From assembly GCA_000934665.2 (NCBI GenBank), contig KZ538153.1, positions 1-64,000 on the forward strand: 64,000 nt of DNA, written 5' to 3'. This document shows, piece by piece, positions 1 to 11,120 of this stretch. Under the pieces are notes generated by a model. That model did not search any database and was not told the origin of the DNA. It saw nothing but the letters and a program-made list of their open reading frames with translations. Position numbers and translations under genes: made by a program. Within the stretch, counting starts at the first letter, position 1, and the number at the start of each line of letters is the position of its first letter. This DNA comes from Catajapyx aquilonaris (taxonomy: Eukaryota).

Positions 1-739
1 AAGACTTCTCATCCTCCTTGAAGGCCTTCTCCAGCCTCTCACTCTCCTCTAGATCTACCTGCTTCTTACTCTCCCTAACAACCCGTGCTGCCTCCCGTGC
101 GTGTTGCTTCAAGATGCCCAAAATACGCCTTGGGTCTTTTGTTTCAGGCTGACCGGGGCTGACAACACGACTGGAAGGATCGGACCGCATCGGACACCCT
201 TTTGGACTCCATTTTCCGCGAAAGAAATGTGTGTGAGCAAGATGATATTTCCATCAGTATATTGTTCCCATTTGTCACGCCATTTGCAATAATTATGTCA
301 CATCATAATTATGTAACGATTCAGTACCATAACAGAAAGAAATTATTAAACAATATCTATGCCCAGTTTTTGTGCAATTTATTCCTTCCCAGTATCATTT
401 TTAGCAATATATTTATCTAGCCTACAACGTGGACCGGACATGAAAGTGACCTGCAGCACCTCGAAGTGACCTCCAAGGTCACGGGGTAAGGCCGTGGCCA
501 AGGTATTCCAAACCCCCAGCAGCCCCCACCCCGACCCCCTTTCTGTAGCCTAGGATACGGTACCGTATCACGATTTAGTTCGGAGAGCAAACCGATAGCG
601 GCGCCACCAGCAAAGCGGGGAAGAATTTTTAGTATTTAATTTCCCATCTAGAGGGTAGTCGTAATCTGTGTTCCAGTCCATCTCTTTTCGTCCGTGAGGA
701 AAGGTCCCGGTTTCAGAAGAGGGGGCACTTTTGGGTTAG

Positions 740-1066
740 TCAGTTGAGTTGATACAGCTCACCACCAAATGCAGGTCTAGACTTGTAGGATCAGCCCACT
801 GCACCGACAAGAGGTCATCAACAGGAGGCCTCATCTGCTGCCACACACACCAGTTGGCACAGAGGTCAAGGAGGAGCCAGAAGAGGACGACGGATGTTCG
901 GGGAGAAGACGAGGTGGTGCCATAGAGGACAGCAGATTGGTTGAAGCGGAGACCCCGGGAGAGGAAGAGAAGAGCTACTCTGGACAGGAGAGTGACACTG
1001 GTCCAGCCAGGGAAGAGGAAGAGGCAGACGAAGGAAGTGGAGACACGCACAGCCGGGCTAAACTAG
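740..1066 (+). pseudogene. Degenerate tandem copy of the acidic first coding exon of the zinc-finger gene
   Basis: Encodes VKEEPEEDD...SDTGPAREEEEAD and ends aaactag|gtgagaaccagagtgcacatcttcac. This parallels 1343-1735 (VKVEPEEEE...ADTGSPGEKEAD, aaaccag|gtgagaaagcagattgggcatgttcac). The frame appears broken relative to the downstream copy. Confidence 0.5.
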
Positions 1067-1342
1067 GTGAGAACCAGAGTGCACATCTTCACGTGCCGAA
1101 AGTGGTATAGAAACCAGCAGTTTCACCAGCTTTTACACGCTCATGCTAGTGAAACCAATGTGAAACCTAGTGAACACCCTCAGCTGTGTTCCTCAATTTT
1201 CCAGGACTGGTCTGGTTGGGGTTGTGCGTGTAGGGTAATCACACTGGACACGTCTTATGCACTCTTCCAGTTCCAGGCAGGTGTGCATCAGTTGAGAGAA
1301 CAGCTGACAGAGGAGAGACCCACTCCCCATCCAGCTAGCAAC

Positions 1343-4300
1343 ATGATGCAAGTGGGAAGATTCCAGTGCCCCTGCTGTCCAGACAAGGTGTTCACCAGGA
1401 AGATGGACCTGTTTGTACACAGCACCACCCACTCCAAATGGGACAGGGTCAAGGTGGAGCCAGAGGAGGAGGAACAGGAGGTGAGGGCCACAATCACCTT
1501 CACCAAGGAGGAGATGGACAAGCGAGGTTGGGAAGGAATCAGATGGGCTCTGAAGGTCAAGGAGGAGCCAAGGGAGGAGGAGGAGGAGGAGGAAGAGGGC
1601 AACTGCAGCCAGGAAGGCGACTCTGCTGGTGCAGCGGAAGAGGAGGATGGCAGGGAAAGACATGATGCTGATACTGGTTCACCCGGGGAGAAGGAAGCAG
1701 ATCGTGGAACTGTACACAAGAGGAGTCAAAACCAGGTGAGAAAGCAGATTGGGCATGTTCACATATGATGGAATGAAAACTCGGTTGCCATACGTAAAAT
1801 GGCAACAGTTTCAACATACTTAAAGGATCAGCCCATGCATCCTCTTGTTTAATATATTGGAGGCCTATCAGACTCAAAGGTGACACCCTGTTTTTTCGTA
1901 CCTGTTGTGAAAATCAAATTTGGAATTCTTGATTTTTCAAGTGGTCAGAAAGGTTTCCAACAATCTTCTGGAATTTTATTTTTAGTGGCAATGGTAAATG
2001 GTGCTTGGTTTTGTGGTTCAATTATTCATTGAATCTGATTATTAACAAAATTGTTTCTTGTGCTGGGATGTGTCAATGTCACAATGACCAATATTGTCCT
2101 ATTGTCATACCTCATGCAAGCATCAATTAGAATAAATGTTAATTTTAAAGTATAATACCGATACATGATTTCAAACATAGGCTGGAGGAGGATGCAAATA
2201 GACATTAGCCCATTTTCAAAAATAGTGGCGCAAGAGAACGTCATTTTAAAGACTGACCCTTTTTTTAAAAAAAATATCCACTTCGCAGCACAATGTGGCA
2301 ACAGTGTTTGAATTGGCTTTCACTCATGTGTATGGAAAATGGCATCCTTAAGAAGTTAAGAATATTGACTTTTGTACAGTTAGTTACCTAGCATGGCTAT
2401 CAAAATGTACTACTGCAAATACAGTGCAAAGCTGGTGACATCAAACGATATATCTGACCAATTTGCTGATTTGAGTGTGCAGACTAGACCTTTTGAGTAT
2501 CTTTTCCATTGTCATTAAAACGTTAGAGCTGTCACAATTGGAAAATATTAAGATTTTCTTTGCTTTGAGTTTGATATTTGAACGAGTGAATAAAATAAAA
2601 TTCAACTCGTGGCATGCATCACAAAATGGCTGCATTATCTGCCCATGTAAGTAGACAACTACCCAGTAGTCAGTCGGTGGCGAAGCAAGTTGGCGTAGAG
2701 CTTAGATGGTATCAAGCTCTTGATGGTATCAAAAGGAACAATCAAATGATAAAAGCTTATGGGAGTCTCCGTCCCCCGCCTTCTTATCTCTCGTGTTATA
2801 CGAAAACGGATACCTCTGGTCCGACCAGAGGCCACCCCGGCTCCCTGGGGTCTATGCAGGTCAGTGTCTCTTCGGATTGCCCAAAGTGCCTTGGCTTCAT
2901 TCACTGCACAATGGGCAACTTTTCGGGGATGCCCTCCAATACTGATCCCATTTTAAAGACATATTCATGTCAAAACCCAGACACAACCTAACGTAATTTT
3001 TTTTGGTGTTAACATTAACAGTGTTCCTTTTCAGGACGATGTAAAATAATCAGCACTTTATTGTTAAGCCATAAAAGGCCCAAATAAATGAGATAAGAGT
3101 AAATATCGTAGGATAAAAATCAAATATTTTCAAAGAAGCGTATTTTTCCGGCAGCCTAAATCAGGAATTTTTGTTCAACGCACACGGGTCTTCCCCAGGT
3201 GACGAACCTGCACCTCTTTTAAATTCAATTTTTTGTTATCACCTTTATTTCAATTTATTTTCTTTTAAACTTGAATGAAACTACTTCTTCGTCAATGTTA
3301 CTTTCTTTGGGGAACATTTACCCATAAAGTTTCATACTTGAAAGAATGAGAAAAAGTATATTCTAATCACACTCACGTGATTTGCCAATCTTGTGTTGTC
3401 CCCTTCTCCCTCCCTGGGCGCCATACGGCCTCCGTTAAATACTGACACAAATTACCTGAAGAGGCATGGAATGATGACACCTTCCCATCTTCTTGAGCGA
3501 TAGAAGTTCATAAGGAAGATGACGTCAAGTATCGTTAGTGCCCTTCTTGTACGAATAATTTTAGTCACACTTAACTGACTACATAGCAGTCACTAACATG
3601 ACGTTTTACATTTTTCAGCATCAAGAAACTGTTATGTAATTATTTTCATTCCGTCTTTCCACACTTTATGTAGTTCTTCATAATATGCAATTCATCATTC
3701 CATACCTCTTCAGGTAATTATTTTATGCCAGTGTTTAACCGAGTCCTTGGGGCGCCCATACTCGACGAGAAAAACATCTTATATGATAAATAGAGGGATC
3801 CAGTACATACTGCTCATTTCTTGTGTTTATTATAACTAACTTATTAATTAGGCTAAAGCATGTGCCACATGGCATTTAATTGGAGTATGTGCAGACAAAA
3901 ATAAAACCATGTTAAGAACTTGACTAGAAAATGGCGGGAGGGAGAAGGGGACAAAACAAGATTGGCAAATCACGTGAGTGTGATTAGAATATACTTTTTC
4001 TCATTCTTTCAAGTATGAAACTTTATGGGTAAATTTTCCCCAAAGAAAGTAACATTGACGATGAAGTAGTCTCATTCAAGTTTAATAGTCTTCCTAAATG
4101 TACAAATTGTTAGGTGAGATTACAGTAGAAATCCTATTATCTGTCACGGGACTGGGGCATTGGTCTCAAACTCTGAAGTAGACTTGTGCGGATAGAGTGA
4201 ACCCTGAAAACCGGAAGTGGCGGTCACCGGAAGTTGGCCATGACACCTATATATGTCGCGTTTAATCCGAATCCGAAAACAGTTTGCCGCTATATGTTGC

Positions 4301-5754
4301 GGTTGAGGCCCTGATACTTGTCAACAAACTTTTTTTCGATGATGATAAAAAGTCTAAAAAGGGAGCAAGAGGATGCACTATATTGAGCGCCCCGGATCTG
4401 ACCTCACTCATATCTCGAAAATGGCTGCGAAGTGCGGGTTTTTACCTTCACCAGTGAATTATGTGCATGTGATTTTACCCACTGAGCGATTTTTGTCCAA
4501 ATCGGTTAGTCACACGTCACGGTCTTCCCTTGTGAGACCAATAAACAAAACTGGCCATCACGTATGGTTTACCCTGCGGCCTACGCGATGAAAAAATAAT
4601 ATAAATTGACACCTTTCATTTCCCTCCTCCCACGTAATCCACCCTTACACAGGAAGTTATCACGTAATTTTTATTTTAATGGCAAATGTGTCTTCACACC
4701 ATCGTATTGCAAGGGAGATTAAAATATTATCCCAATCAATCAATGTCATCCAGAGAAATAAAGTCTGGAATGACAACAACAGCAACAAAATGGCCGCGTA
4801 TGAATAGGGGTGTCACGTATCAGTACTATGTAAATGTACCAAAATGGCATAATAAACGTCGGAGAGGATGAAGGACACCTGGTGGCCCACCCCAAGTGGA
4901 ATGTCCCAGTAATAATATTGCATCACATTCACACCTAATTCCAACATTTTGCTTTCATTAAAACTGCATTTACGTATATTATCGTGAATATTTAATAAGC
5001 TCACATTTACCCATTTCAGAGAGAAGAAGCTGAAAAGAACATGGCGAATGGGATCCAGCCAGACATGGACCAAGGGTCGAACTTGCAGGGGAATTCTTGT
5101 CAAGGGACATTTAGTTCCAGGAATGTGTTGAAGAGTCAAAAGAAAATCAATTGCAAAGACAAGCCATTCAGTTGCCAAGTTTGCAATAGAAAGTTGAGAG
5201 ACTCGCATGGTCTGAAGAGACACTCGATGACCCACACGGGAGAGAAGCCATTCAGATGCCAGGTTTGCAAGAAAACCTTTACTCGTTCAGAACATTTGAA
5301 TTCACACATGAGAACTCACACAGGGGAGAAACCTTTCAGTTGCCAGGTTTGCAAGAAAACCTTTACTCGTTCAGAACATTTGAATTCACACATGAGAACT
5401 CACACAGGCGAGAAGCCATTCAGCTGCCAGGTTTGCAAGAAAGCCTTTACTCGTTCAGGAGATTTGAATGAACACATGAGAACTCACACAGGGGAGAAGC
5501 CATTCACCTGCCAGGTTTGCAAGAAAGCCTTTACTCATTCAGGACATTTGAATGAACACATGAGAACTCACACAGGGGAGAAGCCATTCTGCTGCCAGGT
5601 TTGCAAGACAAAATTTACTCGTTCAGGGCATTTGAATGAACACATGAGAACTCACACAGGGGAGAAGCCATTTAGTTGCAAGGTTTGCAGTAAAAGGTTT
5701 GCTCTCTCAAACAATTTGAAATGTCACGAGAGAACACACACAAAAGACAAGTGA
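1343..5754 (+). CDS. C2H2 zinc-finger protein (one N-terminal finger, acidic region, array of 7 Kruppel-type fingers); exons 1343-1735 and 5020-5754
   Basis: CPCCPDKVF..HSTTH in exon 1. The donor CAG|GTGAGA after 1735 and the acceptor tttcAG|AGA at 5019/5020 are both phase 0 and join in frame. Seven CxxC-x12-HxxxH fingers with TGEKPF linkers. The start codon is uncertain. Confidence 0.8.
3265..4085. mobile_element. Foldback/MITE-like element with about 150-bp terminal inverted repeats, in the zinc-finger gene intron
   Basis: 3265-3414 is the near-perfect reverse complement of 3936-4085, and both outer ends are TTAA. A second, inner inverted pair lies at 3415-3477 / 3692-3758. No ORF. Confidence 0.8.
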
Positions 5755-6228
5755 TTTCGGTGTTTAATATCTCATTCAAAAGGATGTACAGTAGTCCAGT
5801 TATCTAAACACACCACGTCATCTAGAATGGCAACAATGGAATTCAGCTACATGTTGTAATACCCAGTAACGCAACTGTACTCAATAATTCTGCCACTGGT
5901 TGAAAATCTTGCTGCCTATACTTTTTGAACTAGTATTGTTGAATTGTAAGCAGAATAGTTGGGGCTTTTATAAGTTTCTGCGGAGCAGTTTAGATGTCTA
6001 AAGAGAATTGTCTACACCTGCAGAGTGCAGACATGTGACAGAACATGGAAAGTCTTGTAAAAAAAATGTGGGGAAGTGAAAATAAAAAAATATTCAACGA
6101 GTTTAGGGTTGAGCAAGAGCTTGAAACACTTAGTAATTTTAAAATCATTTTCAATGAATTAAGTTAAGATTGTGATTTTTTTTTGAGTCGCTTGACGGAT
6201 TATTCGTGTATGATATCTGCTCTACACG

Positions 6229-6332
6229 TACTATATCGCTCAAAAAGATAGAGACGATAGGCATTTGATTCAAGTGCAAGTTGCACTTGAGTTGAATGCA
6301 AAATCGTCTCTATCTTTTTGGGCGATATAGTA
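6229..6332 (+). repeat. About 104-nt near-perfect palindrome/hairpin
   Basis: tactatatcgctcaaaaagatagagacgat..gcatttgattcaagtgcaa-g-ttgcacttgagttgaatgc..atcgtctctatctttttgggcgatatagta. Confidence 0.9.
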
Positions 6333-7579
6333 TGTTGAACAGATTATAGTGTGACTTCCTGTTCAGTCATGTCTGCCTTCAAAATTATGAAACCTCCAAC
6401 ACATTTTTAGTCTGTCTTACGGGGAAATATTTTTTTGCGAGAAATATTGACATTTTTCGGACTTTTATTTATTTTCCTTAGTTTTGGCGATGTACCGATA
6501 ATTAGAAACACGGATATTAAATCGGGAGTACCATGTATATATAAACACTTAGGCCGGCAGTTCTTTAAGATGTTTAATCCTCGCCTTCTTTTTAGGTGAA
6601 CTTGTTTATGATGTTTTCTGTTCTCCTCTGTATTTTATGTTTATTTTATCTTATTTAAAAAATTACCAAGCTCAACTTATGGCCGCCATTAGGCAAATGC
6701 ATATTGTGCCTACTTGGTGAATCCGGCGCTGGTGAAGACTGGTATTTTGCGCAGTATTTTACATTCAAGCGGTCAGTTGACAAAGTGATGGTATTGATAC
6801 ATTTGTGAAAGCAATCTACTAATGGTCTATTATACCGAGAAGGTAAAAGGTGATTCGGGCGATTTGGTGATGAAGTGACATTTTGGGCCTGTTAAATTAT
6901 TTATTACTTAAATGAAAATACCGACACTTTTTCACATACCATAAGTATATATTTGGCCTGTATTAGCAAGAAAATAGTTCATCATGATGTCGTGATCAGT
7001 CTTAAGTATGATTTTATGATCAATGAGTACAGTGAACTATGCTGGAATATTTCAGCCATTTATTACAGGAATGCGGAACAAAATTGGAGAACAATAATTG
7101 TAACCATTGTAGAACAAACCGGAAATTAGTACATTTCGACATTAATTTATTTCATATTATAGTGGTATAATATGTTATTACATATTGTGATATTGTATAT
7201 TAAATAATAAATATATCAACGGACTACTTAAAACTTTGACGTTATTGATGACTAGCAGCTCTGGAGTGAGTATCTCTCGTTGGTTGGAAATTTATTGCTT
7301 AGATTAAAAGGCATATGTGCACCTTTTTTTTCATTGACACCGATGCAAACATGATGGTTTAGACTTTAGATGATGAACGAGACGAAACAGTACTACGACT
7401 ATCCAATCAGTCTCTAAAACGGAATAATGTAAGCAGATCAGCAGCACCAGAACATGGACATTACTGTGTCCAAGGAAAGGGCGAAATTCACCCTACCCAG
7501 GTCCTAATACTGTATTTAATTGTTACTGGATTTTGATCTTAATTTTTGCGGAAAATTTGGCGGCATTTACATGTCGGAA

Positions 7580-8365
7580 ATATATCTTAGCCTACTGGAT
7601 GCAATTTATATCAGTAATATTATGATTGACACACCTAACCCAATTAACAGCACGTAAATTGTACCATACATCTCTGTTAATGAAAACACCATTTCCGCAA
7701 GGAAACGCAAATCTTTCTTATTCTTGAATCGAATGATCGATAGATCCCTCAATTTCAACTGGAAATGAAACTCCGAAATCAACCTATTCATAATACTGGA
7801 TTCGACCACTCCCGTTATACGTAACTGCTCTCAAAACTAACCGTAAAGAGCGCGTGTGCACTAATATGTACTGATTTCATAACGTGCAGTACCAGGCTGG
7901 TCACTGCAATCACAACTTAGCATGCGAGCCACATGCACAAATTGTACGCGTATTGTATCGCTTCAAACTTGCCCAAGTCCAGTCTGTCGGCGTCCTTTGC
8001 CACTAGAAATGCACACGATTCCTCCGCGAGAATCTGTCTTGCTGAATCGCGAACAATCAAATTCACCTGGCTTGTAACAGAACGGGAAACGTCATAGAAA
8101 TCAGCAAAAGTTGGACGATCATGCCTGAATTATCCGAAAAGAACTGAACTTAATTAAATCGGTACCCCCTAACGTCCCTGTGAGACAAAAAATGGAACAG
8201 GAAAATAATTGTCAAGTTACTCGACAGCTTTATGGCATTGAATATTGACAAATAGAGGGGTGCAAACAACTGCTTAAGAGCCATCAAGAGAAAACATTTC
8301 ATACGCTTACTTGCCTTAATTGCGATACACTGATTGACTAATCCATTACGAGGGACAGGGACCAT
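7580..8365 (-). pseudogene. Decayed ionotropic-receptor remnant (S2 end and M4 helix)
   Basis: Minus-strand VVESSIMNRL...VFSLTEMYGTIYVLLIGLGVSIIILLI* resembles the neighbour's IVEYDLSRKW...FSLEELQAAFLLWLIGLGVSLLA. It is interrupted by stops, and the boundaries are approximate. Confidence 0.45.
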
Positions 8366-8735
8366 CTCACATCAATAAAGACATAAAACAATATTATAGT
8401 TTGATTCGATAACTTGTACCAAGAGCTCTTGCTTGTACGGTGACGCGTTCATCTTATAAAGGATTACGCTGTTACAATGTTATATTGCACTTTCACACTG
8501 TTACCATAAAATTCGTAATGTACGGCCGTATACGTATAGAGTTGGCTACATGTGCAGGTCTGATAATAATTTTACTCCACTGGATTATTCACAAAGCAAC
8601 ATGAAATGTATGAAATTTGTGTTCTTAATTACAGCACATACATTTTGACATTTTAGTTAGGCCTATTCTACTCTCCATCATTTTTCATTCTGGCATTTTT
8701 TCAAGCTCCAGTGTAACTGTCATATTAGGGACCCA

Positions 8736-10648
8736 TTATAGTCTTGCTTCAGTGCACCATGCTAATAGCGAGACACCTAGTCCAATCAACCACAAAAGAA
8801 AAGCAGCTTGTAATTCCTCAAGTGAAAACTTCATGTCAGCTTAAACCCGCATCGATTCCTCTCTATGTTTCCTTCTAATTTGCGGCAAATATTTCATTAG
8901 GTTGTTATCATTTATCCATTTCCTGGAAAGGTCATATTCAACTATATTTTGTATGTATCTGTTTATATCTGGAGAGGATATGTCTCCTTTGGCAAGAGCG
9001 CCACCGAAGTAACAATATTAAAGAATTCGAGAGGAGCAATGGTCAGTTCGGGTTCTCCTCGAGAAGTCATGAAGGGGGCCATTTTATATTTCAGAGCATC
9101 TGTATTAATTATGCACGCGAAGTCAGACTCTAGAGACTTGTTGAGGCAGGAATTGTAACTGCTTAAAATTTCAATTTTCGAAAAGTTAAATATGCGACTC
9201 TCCAGATCATTTCCCGGCCCCCAAGAAACCATAGCCTTTATCATGAAAGACTCGAGCATATGCACGCCCCATTTGAAATCGGAATGCACTAAATTTTCCA
9301 AACTTTGAGGAATCGTGTCATGAGGTGGGGTAGTTATAAACGAAGTCAGTTTACTCTTGTAACCACACGTAATAACGATGCAAAATATCCAGAACATTGA
9401 CGCGAAAAAGTACGGTGTAGCCTGTGACTTTACAGCGGGTTGTTCTATCATAATTCTCAGTGTGTATGTCACAGACTGCGCAAAAGTGAGTCTTCTGTTT
9501 CTTTGAACACGAATCACCAAACTTGATAACAAAATTGACGCCAGCAAGGCTAACCACACGACCCAATCGTACGGATAAATCAGAACCTTCCACGTACGAA
9601 TAGGCTTAGGTCGTCTGGTAACAAAGGTCATGCCATAGAACACGTAAGGAAAGGACAGGTCAACATATTGCGCTGCTTCGGCTGAATAAAACAGGTAATT
9701 CACAGCTGACACTTTTTGACGTGCAATGGCTGCAACACTTCCTGACAACGTCCCATTTGAATATTTCTGATCAAGTCTACTCACATCGCCCGACGGTATG
9801 TCATCCATAAAATGCATCACAACACTAGCATTAAATTTTTCCTCAAATGTTAGTACCCATCTCTCTAATACTTCCAATCCTTTTTCGCCCACCTTCCGTA
9901 TCTTCTTTCGCAAACTTTCCCCTGTCTGTATTGCATACATCGGAGGAAGCCTGCTCCCCATATGGAACTCACCTCCATTGAAGTTAACACTATCAATCGG
10001 ATACAACACAGCCAGGTCAGTCCCATTGTTGTAAGTTCCCATCTGGACGACCTTTGTTTGGCCATGGTCGCAGTAGAAACAAACCGAATGCAACTCTAGT
10101 CCTTCGTGAGAATAAGCGGCCATCAACTTGAAGCGTATTCCAGACGCAGTGGTTGACATCAGGGCGTCTCCTGGGCTCGCTTCTTCAGGCATGAAATACA
10201 CGAACTTGTCCTGGAGGTTTCGCACCCTAGCGAAGGAGGCCAGATGGACTGTTAAATTGGGCAGGACCTGGTCTGAGCTTGGGATGAGGATGTTCCACGT
10301 GCAGGATGAACCGGGCCAAAATCTGGACCTGAGTTGAGGCGGCATGCTTGTGAACGAGTACAGGTCACTCTGACTGCTAAGTTCAGGGTAGTCGGAATAT
10401 GAGTATGGGAAGTCGGTCATGCGGGTTGTGACCACTGTGCGGTAATTCAGGTGCCAGTACGGTGTCACGTCTAATTTGCCAAAATTAGTGTCCATGGCCA
10501 CTGATAATGAGCAAACAGATTCATCCGCAAGTTTTCTTGCAAAAGACGACATCAATCTGATGTCATCAGAATAACGATGGAAATAAACATCAGTTTCAGC
10601 CGAATTTACCACAAAGGTCAAGTACATCAGGAGGTGAACTTTCGCCAT
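8736..10648 (-). pseudogene. Intronless divergent ionotropic receptor (IR, variant iGluR) with a frameshift near 8970 and an in-frame TAA at 8841-8843
   Basis: ORF 10648-8963 has a signal peptide, S1 (VDLSFPY..MTFVTRRP), pre-M1/M1 (LIYPYDWVVWLALL), M3 (ITCGYKSKLTSFITTP) and S2. The missing end (DINRYIQNIVEYDLSRKW...*..FSLEELQAAFLLWLIGLGVSLLAWCTE) continues in another frame to TAA at 8736-8738. Confidence 0.8.
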
Positions 10649-11120
10649 GTTGAAGTGCTTGCAAGTAACGCACAGTTCTGAACGAAAAATTTGTCGATGT
10701 AAATGTTTTTTTATTGGAATGCAATATTTAGGTGAGGCCCATGTACACAGCCATTATTGTGTTTGCTAAAAAATTACGAGATGCAACATTTATCTGTCTA
10801 TAAGTCACATTATTGAAAGACTTCGGTTCAGTCGCCACGACACTGAGCAGCGCAATATGACTGTCCTTGAATTTATTGCATGAGACCGCATGTTGGTAAA
10901 GGTCAGGATCACAACTATTATCACGAGACACCCCACCTCCCCACCAAACAAAAAAAACATATTTCGACTATTAAGTAACAGAAGGTCATCGATATCAAAA
11001 GTAACCATGGAAGTGCCAAGTGCTAACGTGAGATATAGAAATAGATAAGGTCACCTGAAAGTCAGTCGATTCGGAACAGTGGTTGAAATTAGCACAGGTA
11101 TATAGAAAGAGCTCGCAACA

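Noticed and set aside
2614..2991. 125-aa ORF in the ZNF intron
   Set aside because: No motif, and no compatible splice context identified.
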